Shown piece by piece: positions 7,896 to 18,347 of a stretch of 64,000 nt of DNA. The position numbers and the translations under genes are program-made. The stretch is from the NCBI GenBank assembly GCA_031270705.1, contig JAISWW010000140.1, positions 722 to 64,721 of the forward strand, read 5' to 3'. Positions within the stretch are counted from its first letter, which is position 1. Each line of letters begins with the position of its first letter. The notes below the pieces were generated by a model. It ran no database searches. It saw only the letters and a list, made by a program, of their open reading frames with translations, and was not told where the DNA came from. The DNA is from Deltaproteobacteria bacterium (GTDB lineage: Bacteria > Desulfobacterota > Desulfarculia > Adiutricales > Adiutricaceae).

Positions 7896-9440
7896 TTAGC
7901 CAAGGCCCAAGGCGTTAATAGTGTCTTGGGCCAGATCCGTGAAACTTGGGCCATTAGCCTGCAAATCAGCCAAAAAACGCTCGCGATTGGTCAGGTTGTC
8001 AAAACAAAAGACCGCCAGAGCCCGGCCCACCTGCTCGCCAGAGTGAACGTAATTAAAATAAGAGATATTGGTTAGCGCGGCTATCCTCTCTAAAAATTCC
8101 GTTAAGGCCCCAGGTCGCTCTGGAAAGTTCAAAATAGCGGCGAAGGGGAACTGAAAAAAACTCGGCTGAAAAGGAGCCACCCGAAAAGGCAGATCTGGCC
8201 GATTAGAAACGTCTTTAAACTCATAGCCATTTTGGATCATGAGGCCTTCCAAGGCCTGGATCCGCGGTTGATCGCCCTCAAAGCCAATGATGGGATAAGC
8301 CAAATCCGCTTCCGTCTGACCAACCATTAGATGACTGATATTTAGGCCCAGCGGTTTTATGGCCGTCAAAAAAGCGAGCATCATGCCGCGCCGCTCTGGC
8401 AAGGTCACTTGGTAATAAACCGCCCGGCCAGTGGAAGCGTCAATGGACTTGGAGATCTGGCCAAGACGCCGAAAATCCAAGTTAGCCCCACTTAAGATAA
8501 CGCCCACGTTTAAGCCAGCCAAATCCCCCGACCAGCGCCTGGCCGCGGCTAAGCCCATGGCCCCGGAAGGCTCAGGCAAGACCCGAGCCACTCGCCATAA
8601 CTCTTCAATGGCCGCCACCACTTCTTGGGTCGAAACAACTATTAAGTCATCCAAAAGCTCTTTTAAAATGGGATAAGTTAAATGACCAGCCTTTTTGACC
8701 GCCGTGCCATCGCAAAAAATATCCACCTTAGCCAAAGGAACAGGCTGGCCAGCCTGAAAAGCCGCGGCCATAGAGGCTTGCCCCTCGGCTTCCACGCCAA
8801 TTACCCGCGTTCGGCTATCATAGGATTTGAGCACCGTGGCCACCCCAGCGGCTAGCCCTCCCCCGCCAATCTGAACAAATACCACGTCCGGGCGATCTGG
8901 GGTCGTCATCATCTCGTCAGCCAAGACGCCTTGGCCAGCCATAACTAAAACGTCGTCATAGGGTGGCGCGTAAAGACAACCAGTTTCTTCGGCGAAAGAA
9001 TGGGCCGCCTCCGCCGCCTCGTCATAACTATCGCCAACTTGGTGGATCTTGGTCAGATCGCCGCCTAACCGGGCTACTGACTCGACCTTTAAACGTTGAG
9101 CCGACTTGGGCATAAAAAGGTGAGCCTTAACCCCCAAAATAGCGGCTGACTTGGCCACCCCTTGAGCGTGGTTGCCAGCCGAGGCGGCGACTACGCCTTG
9201 AGCTTTGGCCTCGGCCACTCGAGCGCTAATAAAATTAAAAGCCCCGCGCCATTTATAGGAGTGGATCTCCGAGAGATCCTCTCTTTTTAAAAGCATCCGC
9301 CAATCCCCCTCCATAGAGTGAATCTCCATGGGCGTGGGTGGGGCCACGCGATAAACGCGGGTTCGGGCTAACATGACTTCGCGAAAAAGCGTAGCGACGT
9401 CAAAAGTCTGGGCCTGGGGCTTGGAACTGGTTGGGATCAT
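7896..9440 (-). CDS. ilvA: biosynthetic threonine ammonia-lyase (threonine dehydratase) with C-terminal regulatory domains
   Basis: 514 aa. PLP-lysine region SEIHSYKWRGAFNF, GNHAQGVA, glycine loop QIGGGGLAAG. Length and the duplicated C-terminal regulatory region are typical of IlvA. Confidence 0.9.
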   Translation of the reverse strand: MIPTSSKPQAQTFDVATLFREVMLARTRVYRVAPPTPMEIHSMEGDWRMLLKREDLSEIHSYKWRGAFNFISARVAEAKAQGVVAASAGNHAQGVAKSAAILGVKAHLFMPKSAQRLKVESVARLGGDLTKIHQVGDSYDEAAEAAHSFAEETGCLYAPPYDDVLVMAGQGVLADEMMTTPDRPDVVFVQIGGGGLAAGVATVLKSYDSRTRVIGVEAEGQASMAAAFQAGQPVPLAKVDIFCDGTAVKKAGHLTYPILKELLDDLIVVSTQEVVAAIEELWRVARVLPEPSGAMGLAAARRWSGDLAGLNVGVILSGANLDFRRLGQISKSIDASTGRAVYYQVTLPERRGMMLAFLTAIKPLGLNISHLMVGQTEADLAYPIIGFEGDQPRIQALEGLMIQNGYEFKDVSNRPDLPFRVAPFQPSFFQFPFAAILNFPERPGALTEFLERIAALTNISYFNYVHSGEQVGRALAVFCFDNLTNRERFLADLQANGPSFTDLAQDTINALGLG

Positions 9441-9984
9441 ATAATCAATCTTTAAAGCCTAAAAGTCCTAGGGCGCGACTCGAAAACTTAGATCCACGGC
9501 GCCCAAATTAGGCGCGGAGAATTCCAAAGGCCAGATTAGAGCCGACAAAAAAGAGGGCCAGAGCCAAAGGTTAAGGGCCAACCTATTTACCAAGGCCATT
9601 CATTAATCAACCTATAAAGTATAGCATACATAGCCAGCGAACGCTGGTTTTTAGTTTTTTTGGCCCTTCTTAGGAAAAAAGAAAGCGAACAGTCTAAAAC
9701 GGCTCTCTCGGAGGATCCAAAAAATGTTCGCGATTTGGGTAATTTTCCCGTTTTTTTTATAATAGCAAGAATATCGCGCCTTTTAATGAGAATTTATAAA
9801 GGCGCGAGATTGTCTTGCCAGAAGCCTTTTCGCTTCGCTTAGAGCCTTTATGTTTTAAGCGGATATTACTCTATAAAATTATTTTAAAGTTTTATTATAT
9901 CTTAAATTTAATATTTCATTAAAAAACTATAAATATATTTCTATATGATTGTAAATTCAAAACTTAAAAATGAAGGTCATTTAG

Positions 9985-10020
9985 AAAAAGGGCGCGAAAT
10001 GTTTTTTTCGCGCCCTTTTT
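9985..10020. terminator. bidirectional rho-independent terminator-like hairpin
   Basis: aaaaagggcgcgaaa / loop tgtttt / tttcgcgcccttttt. GC core flanked by an A-run and a T-run. About 160 nt downstream of the MCP stop on the minus strand. Confidence 0.6.
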
Positions 10021-10144
10021 GAATTAGGCCGTCCAGAGCGGCTTGGCCTTATCGCCTCTCATTAGCCGCCCCGCCCCTGGAGAGGCGCCTAGGGGCTTCA
10101 AGGAGCGAACGGCGAGAGTTAAGATCCTGACTCCTTACATTATT

Positions 10145-10168
10145 GATCGCGGCCTTGAGGCCGCGATC
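10145..10168 (-). other. perfect 10-bp GC-rich hairpin just 3' of the MCP stop codon
   Basis: gatcgcggcc-ttga-ggccgcgatc, about 12 nt beyond the stop at 10180-10182. No U-run follows on the minus strand, so it is more likely an RNA-stabilising or REP-like stem than the terminator itself. Confidence 0.45.
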
Positions 10169-10179
10169 ATAAAGATCTA

Positions 10180-12240
10180 TCAGTTCACCGCCAAAGAGGA
10201 AGGGGAATTCAGGCGACTCTTCCTAAAGCTGGCCGGGACAGGAACCAAACGATTAGCCAAACTTACCGTGTTGGGGGCCTGATAATCTAGGCCAACCGCG
10301 GCCTTGAAATCGCCATTCCCTTTATGGTTCTCTCCATTGGTTAAATATTGGGGGCTTTCGCCTGAAGACTTGCCGAAGACCATGGTCACCAAATCATCCA
10401 CCATTTGGCTAAGCGAGGAGGATTGGGTCGTTAGATCTTCCGCTGAGGCGGTCGTCTTCTCGGCGCTCATGGCGTTTTGTTGAACCACTTGATCCATCTG
10501 GGCCACGGCCGTATTGACTTGACTGACGCCTTGAGCTTGTTCGTGGGTGGCCGCGGCTATTTCGCCAATCAAATGACTTATGCTGTTAGTTCCGTCATGG
10601 ATCTTTTTAAAGCTGTCGAACAATTTTTTGGCCACGTTAGAGCCACTCCGCACGCTCTCTACTGTCCCCTGAATGAGGCTCGTCGTGTCTTTGGCCGCTT
10701 GAGCCGACCGCTGGGAAAGATTTTTGACCTCATCCGCCACCACGGCGAAGCCTTGTCCCGCCTCGCCCGCTCGAGCCGCTTCCACCGCCGCGTTTAAAGC
10801 CAAAAGATTAGTCTGGAAAGCGATGTCCTCAATTGTCTTAATGATACGGCTAACTTGCTCCGAACGCTCGCTGATGGTCTCCATGGCCTTGGACATGGCC
10901 TCAATTGAGTGTCCGCCTTCCTCAACTAGTTGAGCCGTCAGCTTGGCGCTATCGTCGGTTTTTTGGGCGTTATCCGCGTTTAGCCTGGTCATGGAAGCCA
11001 TTTCTTCCAGAGCCGCGGAGGTTTCCTGGAGAGAGCTGGCCTGTTCCGTCGCCCCCTCGGCGAGAACTTGCGAGGCTAAAGATATCTGATCCGAGGCCTC
11101 GGCCATTTGGGCCGAGCCCTCGGTTAATCTGCTGATAATTTTGTTTAGGGGCCTAATAATGGCCTGGGTGTTCAAAATTGAAAGCGCGAGACCAGCGAAA
11201 AAGGCCAAAACCATCGCGACGCTCAAAATCACAATCGACTTGGAAATAATGGAGTTTATGGTCTCTTCGCTCTTGGTCAGGCTCTCCATGCCATTATACA
11301 GTAATTTAGCGCTATATTTAGATAACTCATCGGAGATATCATGTATTTTACTATAGCTTTTTATGGTATCAGCGCTTAGCTTATCCAAAAAAGCGTACGT
11401 AGCGCGAGTATTTCGCATTTTCTCAAGATAACTTTCAAGATTCATTACCATTGTTTCATATTCAACTAATATAGTCGGGTCTTTCACGCCTTTAGGAATA
11501 TATTCTTTAAGTTTGGTAACTTCTTTTTCAATGTCGCTGACGCTCTTGTCCAGAATCCCCAAAGCCTCTGAGCCTCTAAAATTTTGAGCTCGCCAGAAAT
11601 CGGTTCTCGCCTGGTTATAATAGACACTTAGCTCATATAACATCGTCATGCCATCGATTCTTCTATCTAGCGTCGCTTTTGATTCCTCAAGATTGTAAGC
11701 GGTAAATTCATTGCCGGTTTGGGCCGCTAATTTTAAAGTGTCCAGCGACAATTCGTCAATATTCTGTTGAATAATGGCCCCGATCTTGGGAATTTCACGC
11801 CGCGCGACGACAAAAGCGTCAATAGTTTCGCTCAGTTGTTGGGCAATCCGTTGAAGATTGTTTATTTCCATTTTTAGGACAGGCAAAGCTGAGCGTATTT
11901 CCTGAAGACTACTAGGCGGGCGATTAGCCAAAAGGCGCTCGACATTAGCCACGACTTGACGGGCTTCCTCAAGATAATTCTCGCCATTTTTGAAGTCCTC
12001 TTTATTAAAATTAAAGGAATAGCCGTAATAATAAAATCCGGTGGATATAGTGTTAGTGGCTAGCTCAAAAAACAACTCGCTTATGGGAGCCGCCTCATGG
12101 CTGACGTTCTCCTCCACGGCCGAGACCACGGCCATGCCATCTCTGGCCTGACTAAAGTCATAAATGGCCATGACGCCAATCACTATGGCTAACGCGAACA
12201 TAGCGAAAAAACTTATGTACAATCTTAAACGGAGACTCAT
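10180..12240 (-). CDS. methyl-accepting chemotaxis protein
   Basis: 686 aa. N-terminal TM helix, ~310-aa helical periplasmic region, second TM helix, then the conserved MCP signalling hairpin [46 protein letters not shown]. Confidence 0.9.
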   Translation of the reverse strand: MSLRLRLYISFFAMFALAIVIGVMAIYDFSQARDGMAVVSAVEENVSHEAAPISELFFELATNTISTGFYYYGYSFNFNKEDFKNGENYLEEARQVVANVERLLANRPPSSLQEIRSALPVLKMEINNLQRIAQQLSETIDAFVVARREIPKIGAIIQQNIDELSLDTLKLAAQTGNEFTAYNLEESKATLDRRIDGMTMLYELSVYYNQARTDFWRAQNFRGSEALGILDKSVSDIEKEVTKLKEYIPKGVKDPTILVEYETMVMNLESYLEKMRNTRATYAFLDKLSADTIKSYSKIHDISDELSKYSAKLLYNGMESLTKSEETINSIISKSIVILSVAMVLAFFAGLALSILNTQAIIRPLNKIISRLTEGSAQMAEASDQISLASQVLAEGATEQASSLQETSAALEEMASMTRLNADNAQKTDDSAKLTAQLVEEGGHSIEAMSKAMETISERSEQVSRIIKTIEDIAFQTNLLALNAAVEAARAGEAGQGFAVVADEVKNLSQRSAQAAKDTTSLIQGTVESVRSGSNVAKKLFDSFKKIHDGTNSISHLIGEIAAATHEQAQGVSQVNTAVAQMDQVVQQNAMSAEKTTASAEDLTTQSSSLSQMVDDLVTMVFGKSSGESPQYLTNGENHKGNGDFKAAVGLDYQAPNTVSLANRLVPVPASFRKSRLNSPSSLAVN

Positions 12241-13055
12241 GATTTTTTCCCCTCTTTAAATGTCTGATCCTGGTCGAGCGGGTTTTCGCGAGACTCATCG
12301 CTAGTCCTTACGTAACCAGAAAGGCTGCCCCCCAAAGCGCGGGGGCGACGGTTAACGTGTTTTTGGCCTTAAAGGCCAGAAAAAGGTGAAATATAATCAT
12401 GGACTAGGGGGCGCCTCTAACGTCCCAAGTCCAGTTCTGTCTAAGATAAACCTAGAGAGCCGAAAGGCCCTCGCCTATTCTGGCTGACGCTCGCGCTATA
12501 AATTTTTCGCGGCGCCAGCGATTCGTTTTTTGTCCTATGGCTATTTTTAATTAACAACTATATTTCTAGCTATTTTTAGCTAATTTATAAAAAAATTGCC
12601 CTATTAGCGGAGATACGCCAGAATAGGGCCTAATAATAAGAGCTATAATTCTTAAAATTCTAAGGGAAATAGAGTCGCGCCGTCTCAGGAGAGCTATCTC
12701 TCTGAGAGGAAACGGAAAAAGATATGTTGAACAAGCGGTCATAACCAGCATAATACACCGTAAGGCTCGCGAAAATTCGGTGTAAAGCTGGTCAGAAAAG
12801 CCAGGATCAAGGCCCGTAAAGACGTCGATCAGTAAACCGAAACCGAAAAACCAATCTGATTTTTCTTATAAACTATTCTGAAAAGGGTGTCAAGGAAAAT
12901 TTAAGAACGAACGACCGAGGACGGCCTAAAAAATAGACCTTAACTTTAACAATAGGTCGCTAGAGGGGGCCTATAAAGCCGCCCAGGCCTTCCGAGCGTT
13001 TATAAACGGGCTTAATAAAATTTTTTAGCCGCTCTAGTCCGCCAAAGAAAGGTCT

Positions 13056-14678
13056 TTAGAGCCAACGGGGAATTTTTTCCAGCTCTTTTAAGGCTTTTTC
13101 CTGAAAAGGATCGAGGGCCAAGCGGTTAAAGTTGACCTTCCGTCCCCAAGCCGTTCGCGCGGAAAAGCTTAGCGCCCGGGCCTTGGCTAGATATCTCATT
13201 AAGCCCTCAAACCCGCCGCTTAGGGTCTCGACTGGCGGCGATTTTGGGGGCCAGCCAGTTGCGGCGTTTAGTTCCAGAGGGCTTTGATCTAGACCGGCCT
13301 GGGGTTCCCAGGCCGGTCTTGCCAAACCTGGGTTTCGCCAAATAATAGCCCGCCAAGCCTCTTCCATGTGCCATTTGACGTACCGAGCCAAAATCGTCAC
13401 CATAAAACTCGCGTTTAAGCTCTCGTCGATCTTTTTAGCCTGGCTGGGGCCATCTAAATAGCTGGCTATTAAGATATTGCTTTCTTCATTATATTTTTTA
13501 AACTGACTAATACACTCTTCGTTAGATAAAACTAGCTCGGGCACAGAAGTTCTATAGACCTTTAAGCCATCTAAAATCTCGTCATTAGCTATATTTTCAT
13601 TATTTAGCTTATATTCAAAGCCATCATCAATATAATTGATATCAATATATTTTTTTGAGAAATATTTTAAAAGTATATACTCCGGATCTAGGGTCAGATC
13701 TTCTAAAGCTAGGGCCTTAAAATTAGGCTCAGCCAGCTCTGGGACGAAATCCGCTCGCTCTTTGAGCCTTTTTCGCTCCGTTTGCGCCTTATCTAGGTCT
13801 ACCAGAGCCTCGGCTAAGCGAGCTCTACGAATTTCTGACCGCCGGGCCTTGAGCCAAAGGTTTTGGCTCGCGATGAGTCTTTCGTTAGGATGCCCTTTAG
13901 GATCTTGAAAGGCTAAAATCTCTTGATTAAAAAAGGCTTTGGGATCCAGAAATTCTTGAGCCAGCTTCAGTAAAGCCTGACTAGGCCAAAGGGTCAGCCA
14001 ATCAAAGTGGGAACGCTCTCTTAAGGACAGAAAATCCCTGGCCCGCCACTGGCCAACCACAATAGCTCTAGTTAAGCCTAAAGAGCTGAGCCAGTCCTCT
14101 AATTTGGGCCATAAGCGGCTGGCCGACAAAGCGAAAATCCTCCCGCCCAAGGGCCGATCCAGCCGATCCACGAGGGTGGCCACATAGATAGGCGAAGCGG
14201 CCAGGTCATCCTGGCCCGAGCCAACTTGACCGCGCTGGGCCCTTAAACGGATAAAAACTGGCTCATTGGCCCGGGCGTGACGATCGACCAAACTCTTTTC
14301 GAGAGCCAAAAGTCTTAATTTTAACCAAGCCCAGGCTTTTTCTTCTGGAAAAGCCTCGCTCTGGGGGATCTTGAGCTTTCTGGCTATGGTCGCCCGCAAA
14401 GATTTGGAGACCCTTGGCCCGGCTTGCCTTAAAACCCGGGCCAAGATCAAACCTAAAAACCAAGACCGGGTTCCGGAGGGCTGAGGATCCAATAAACTAG
14501 CTATATTTAAGCGGTCTAGGGTTTGGAGAACCGCTTGAGCGTGCCCCCAAGACCCAGCTTTTTTCAGTCGCAAAGAATTTTGTAAATCTCGCGGCGTAAA
14601 TATTATCCGCTTAGGCCAAGCGTCAATTGATTTTGTTTCGGTTTCGCCTAAAAGGCTATTATTTTTCGCCTTAAACAT
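13056..14678 (-). CDS. IS1634/IS4-like transposase-derived ORF without recognisable catalytic Asp residues (domesticated or decaying)
   Basis: 540-aa intact frame. N-terminal SWFLGLILARVLRQAGPRVSKSLRAT and downstream layout resemble IS1634-type transposases. The positions I align to the two catalytic Asp read VFIRLRAQ (about 14235-14258) and IVVGQWRARDF (about 14031-14063). The central part (about 13470-13720) is conspicuously AT-rich. The alignment was done by eye. Confidence 0.5.
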   Translation of the reverse strand: MFKAKNNSLLGETETKSIDAWPKRIIFTPRDLQNSLRLKKAGSWGHAQAVLQTLDRLNIASLLDPQPSGTRSWFLGLILARVLRQAGPRVSKSLRATIARKLKIPQSEAFPEEKAWAWLKLRLLALEKSLVDRHARANEPVFIRLRAQRGQVGSGQDDLAASPIYVATLVDRLDRPLGGRIFALSASRLWPKLEDWLSSLGLTRAIVVGQWRARDFLSLRERSHFDWLTLWPSQALLKLAQEFLDPKAFFNQEILAFQDPKGHPNERLIASQNLWLKARRSEIRRARLAEALVDLDKAQTERKRLKERADFVPELAEPNFKALALEDLTLDPEYILLKYFSKKYIDINYIDDGFEYKLNNENIANDEILDGLKVYRTSVPELVLSNEECISQFKKYNEESNILIASYLDGPSQAKKIDESLNASFMVTILARYVKWHMEEAWRAIIWRNPGLARPAWEPQAGLDQSPLELNAATGWPPKSPPVETLSGGFEGLMRYLAKARALSFSARTAWGRKVNFNRLALDPFQEKALKELEKIPRWL

Positions 14679-14877
14679 TTTTGGCCCCTAAAAAGCCGAC
14701 CATGGCCCCCTGGCCTTTAACCGGCTAAGACCATTATAACATAATTTTCAAGGTTAGGTATAGGTAAAAAATTATCTTTATTCTTATTGTCAATATATAA
14801 ATGTTTTATTATATCATAAATTTTTAGTTTTGGCCAGCCTTTTCCCAAAAATACTCGCGGCCCCCAGGCCAAACGAT

Positions 14878-14905
14878 CTAAGGCCCCAAAAATTTGGGGC
14901 CTTAG
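14878..14905. terminator. strong hairpin between the 14937..15791 gene and the transposase-like gene
   Basis: ctaaggcccca / tggggccttag, 11-bp perfect stem around an AT loop, 32 nt downstream of the 14937 stop. No clean U-run on either strand. Confidence 0.4.
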
Positions 14906-14936
14906 GCGAAATCCGCGATTTAAATCTCTATTTTTT

Positions 14937-15791
14937 TTAATCCAACCCAAACTCTTCTTGATTGTCCCAATTATCATTATTATATGTCTGATCGGTACGG
15001 CCACTATGATGCCGATAAACCTTATGCCCGCTCGGTCGAGAGAGAACCTCGTAACCCTGGAGACCTTGGCGGCCATTGGAGTTGACCTGATAGACATGGC
15101 CATCGGGTTTTTTGACTTCTTGGACGCCCAGGAAAACCCCATTCGAGCCTTTGGGCTCGCGAATATGATAAGGGCTGGGGTTAGGGGGGAGAGGCCGAGA
15201 AGGATCCGCCGGTTGCCCTGGAACCAGGGTTTGCGGGATTTTCCGTAATTGCGAAGGAGTTGGTAGCGGCTCGGCTTTGGGGGGCTCTGGGCGCGCCGGA
15301 GCGACCACGGGCGCGGGTTTATAAGGCTTAACCTCTTCCTCGACCACTGGCCTTAACTCTTCGGGGACGGGGGCGACTATGGGGGCGACTAGGGTAGCCG
15401 ACTGGTCAGAGCCGCTCTTTTGGGCCGCGTTAATGACCATTTCCAGATCCGCCCTAGGGACGCCCGAGCCCATCAATCTTTTGACGACTTCTGGGGTCAA
15501 GGGAGCCTGGGGCTCTTGGGCCGTGGCCGAATCCATATTTATATAGCTTAAGGCCAAGTTTTCGCCGCCATAGCGCACCATCTCCAATAAAAAGTCCCCC
15601 GACAAAGGCGGCCTAGCTCTATGACTCAAAGATTGAATGACCATTTTTTGGCGAATGGATTCCGGCAGACCGGCTTTGGCCCATTTGTTCAGATCCATGA
15701 CTTCGGCTAAGAGAGGAGCTTGGCTAAATAAACTGAAAATCAAAAGACTAGCTAAGAAAGTCAGGGCTTTAGAAGAATGGCTACGGGTCAT
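14937..15791 (-). CDS. secreted protein with Pro-rich linker (hypothetical)
   Basis: 284 aa. Signal-like N-terminus MTRSHSSKALTFLASLLIFSLFSQAPLLAEV. Central PVPEELRPVVEEEVKPYKPAPVVAPARPEPPKAEPLPTP linker. No family recognised. Confidence 0.6.
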   Translation of the reverse strand: MTRSHSSKALTFLASLLIFSLFSQAPLLAEVMDLNKWAKAGLPESIRQKMVIQSLSHRARPPLSGDFLLEMVRYGGENLALSYINMDSATAQEPQAPLTPEVVKRLMGSGVPRADLEMVINAAQKSGSDQSATLVAPIVAPVPEELRPVVEEEVKPYKPAPVVAPARPEPPKAEPLPTPSQLRKIPQTLVPGQPADPSRPLPPNPSPYHIREPKGSNGVFLGVQEVKKPDGHVYQVNSNGRQGLQGYEVLSRPSGHKVYRHHSGRTDQTYNNDNWDNQEEFGLD

Positions 15792-15855
15792 GGCTGGCCT
15801 CGGCGGCCCTGGATTATCCTCGTTTTTTTAGGATGGGGCCGGGATAGTCAGTCTA

Positions 15856-16557
15856 TTAGCAAGGCTTAGGCCAAGTTTTTAAGAATTCCTCCGCTTTTTG
15901 GGTGGCTTGATTGATAGCCTCGGCTAAGATGAGCCCTTGAGCCTCGGCGGATCTATCGAGATCGGCCAAAGTTGGGCGCAAGGGCTCGCCAAAAACCGCG
16001 ACCACTTTGGAAAAAGGCCAGGGCAAGCGCGACTGGGACCAGCTTTTCTTAAAAACATGAGCCCAAGAGACGGCCGCCCCCACCGGATAAATGGGCCGAC
16101 CAGTTTTGGCGGCCAAATAAAAAGCCCCGGGTTTGGCCACGCGCCTTGGACCTCTTGGCCCATCCACGGCCAAGATCAAATTATCCCCCTGATCAATAGC
16201 CTGGCGCAGGGATCTTAAAGCGGCCACGGCTCCTTTGCTGGATGACCCCCGGCTGACCAAATACCCCCAGCGCTTGACCACAGTCGCTAAAATATCCCCA
16301 TCGCGCGAGCGACTTATCATGATATGGCCCTTGGTGAAGCCACAATTAGGCAATAAAGCCGTCTCCTCGCTATGCCAACACGCGAAGATGGCTGGCCCAT
16401 CAAAGGACTCGGGATAACCATAACAGCGAAAACGATAAAGGCGAGAATAAAAGGTCGCGAACCGAGCCAAAAGACGCGGCCAACCTAAACAAAAGCGCCT
16501 AGATGGATCCTCTGGCTTAGGGCTTAAATCTGGGGTAATTTTCGGCGAATCAGTCAA
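15856..16557 (-). CDS. DUF374 / lysophospholipid-acyltransferase-like protein
   Basis: 233 aa, TTG start. FACWHSEE...ISRSRDGDILATVVKRWGYLVSRGSSSKGAVAALRSL...LAVDGPRGPRRVAKPGAFYLAAKTGRPIYPVG matches the DUF374 pattern. The start overlaps the upstream stop (TTGACTGA). Confidence 0.75.
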   Translation of the reverse strand: MTDSPKITPDLSPKPEDPSRRFCLGWPRLLARFATFYSRLYRFRCYGYPESFDGPAIFACWHSEETALLPNCGFTKGHIMISRSRDGDILATVVKRWGYLVSRGSSSKGAVAALRSLRQAIDQGDNLILAVDGPRGPRRVAKPGAFYLAAKTGRPIYPVGAAVSWAHVFKKSWSQSRLPWPFSKVVAVFGEPLRPTLADLDRSAEAQGLILAEAINQATQKAEEFLKTWPKPC

Positions 16558-18343
16558 GACTGGGACGTCCTTTGGTTTTGCGGGGCGCCTTTAGAAGGAA
16601 ATCGTCCTCTAATTCTGGCTCTAGGCCTTTTTCTGGCCCTTTGGCGTCCTCGTCATAGATGGCTAAAGAAGCCTCTCCAATCTTAAAGGGTCGGCGCCAC
16701 AGTTGCCAAGTCAAAACCAGAACCAAGGCCGTCAAAAGCGGGATCAAAAGGCTCTCTTTAAGGCCCCAAACCGCCCGCCCTCTTTGGATCTGCAAATAAG
16801 CCACTACTGGCCAAGCCGACAAACCTATGAGAGCCAATAAAGATAGACTCGAGGAGACCATAAAAATAAGGCCCCCATAACCCGTGGGCACCTGAGCCAG
16901 GTTTTCGGTCTCAAAACGAGGAAATCTAGCCCCTAAACCCACGGCCAAAGAACATAAGCCAGGGGTGAGGATAAAAGTCAAAACAAAAGCCGTGGCCGAC
17001 ATAAAAGGCGCGGCGTTTAAAAAGCGGTTGGTCAAATAAGTCAGAAACAAAGCCACGGCCATGATGGGCGTGAGCCAAAAAATCAGCTTATGGCGCATGA
17101 AAGCCGGGGTGGAGAGGGGCGCGGAACGGATAATCCAATAAGAAAAGCCTTCCGCCGAAATGGAGGGAAAAGCGAACCTTAAGGCTAAAGTGGCCGAAAC
17201 CAAACCCACCAAGCCCACGTTTAAAAAGGCGATGGTATTTTCTAAGAAAAAAGCTTGTAGGGGATATCGCTTAAGATTTAAAACTGAAAAGTTATACAAA
17301 TAAATGATCATTAAGGCCCCTAAGAGAAATAACTGGGACCACTGAGTATGATCGCGAAAAAAGATCTTAAAGTCCTTGACCATTAAAGCCCGAGCCTCTG
17401 GATCGCGGACCAGCCGAAAACCCGAAGCCACTAAGCTCAAAAGCCCCCCGGCCCTTTGGCGACTGGCTCCTTCTTGGCTTTTGTTGTAACCCACCCAATA
17501 TAATAGATCCGCCCCATAGGAGGTCAATAAACCCAAGACCGCCGCGCCCAAGCCCAATAATAATAGATAGATCCAGCGAAACTCCTCGGCCGAGCCGCCC
17601 AATAAAGGCCACAATAACTCCGTAGCCCAGGCCGTGGGGAGCATGGGGGAAGTGGGGGTTTGGAGAGAAGCCAAATAACTGGCCACGGATTGGAGGTTAT
17701 CGGGATTGACGAGCCGCTCGGGCCTTAATAAGCGAAAAGCCAAATACAAGGCCACAAAAGACAATAAGCCCAATAAGCTCATGATGTCCTTGGTGCGCCT
17801 AGCCGGCAGGATATTGACCAATAAAATTACCGCCGCTTGGCTAACGAAGGCCGAGGACAAAGCCACGCCCAAAGCGGCTAAGGGCGTTAAAAAATAATAG
17901 AGAGGGTTGGCCCCAAAATGCCAGCCATAAGCCAAAAAAACGGGAAAAACGAAGGCCGCCGGCATCCAGGCGCTGGCCAAAAAACTCTGGACGGATCTAG
18001 CCCAAAATACGCTCTCCCGACTAACTGGGGCGGCCATCAATAAACCTAAATCTTTAGCTAAATAAAAACTCGATAAGGCCGTAATAACCGCGGAAAATAT
18101 TAAAAAGGCCGAGCCAGTTAACCATAAAAGGTTAAAAGTCTTATAAGCCAGAATATCCCCAAAGCCCTCAACCGAGTAAAAAGAGCGAATCATCCTTAAA
18201 GAGAGCAAAAACAAAGCCACCCACATGACCAAGGCGAAGGCCGTCAAGGAGGCGATCTTGACCCGACCGCCTGGTCCAGGGTCTTTTAAATAATTTCTTA
18301 AAGTCAGAATCGAGGGTTTTAGAAGCCAGAAAAATTCGCGCAT
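16550..18343 (-). CDS. large polytopic membrane protein, putative permease partner of the adjacent ABC ATPase
   Basis: 597 aa with at least 12 hydrophobic segments. Starts 4 nt after the ABC ATPase stop. Function inferred from context only. Confidence 0.65.
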   Translation of the reverse strand: MREFFWLLKPSILTLRNYLKDPGPGGRVKIASLTAFALVMWVALFLLSLRMIRSFYSVEGFGDILAYKTFNLLWLTGSAFLIFSAVITALSSFYLAKDLGLLMAAPVSRESVFWARSVQSFLASAWMPAAFVFPVFLAYGWHFGANPLYYFLTPLAALGVALSSAFVSQAAVILLVNILPARRTKDIMSLLGLLSFVALYLAFRLLRPERLVNPDNLQSVASYLASLQTPTSPMLPTAWATELLWPLLGGSAEEFRWIYLLLLGLGAAVLGLLTSYGADLLYWVGYNKSQEGASRQRAGGLLSLVASGFRLVRDPEARALMVKDFKIFFRDHTQWSQLFLLGALMIIYLYNFSVLNLKRYPLQAFFLENTIAFLNVGLVGLVSATLALRFAFPSISAEGFSYWIIRSAPLSTPAFMRHKLIFWLTPIMAVALFLTYLTNRFLNAAPFMSATAFVLTFILTPGLCSLAVGLGARFPRFETENLAQVPTGYGGLIFMVSSSLSLLALIGLSAWPVVAYLQIQRGRAVWGLKESLLIPLLTALVLVLTWQLWRRPFKIGEASLAIYDEDAKGPEKGLEPELEDDFLLKAPRKTKGRPSLD

Positions 18344-18347
18344 GGCC

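Noticed and set aside
9634-9661. Plus-strand stem plus T-runs (ccagc-gaac-gctgg ttttt ag ttttttt) as a terminator of an unannotated sRNA upstream of ilvA
   Set aside because: The stem is only 5 bp. There is no plus-strand promoter or gene upstream, and the T-runs are common in this AT-rich spacer.
9660-10282. ORFs 9660..9842 (+) and 10043..10282 (+)
   Set aside because: Both have TTG starts without an RBS. The first lies in AT-rich spacer. The second runs antisense into the MCP 3' end and across the 10145-10168 hairpin.
14717-15142. 141-aa minus-strand ORF overlapping the 3' end of 14937..15791
   Set aside because: It is out of frame with a better-supported gene. It runs through the AT-rich spacer and the 14878-14905 hairpin. 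No motif or start context supports it.
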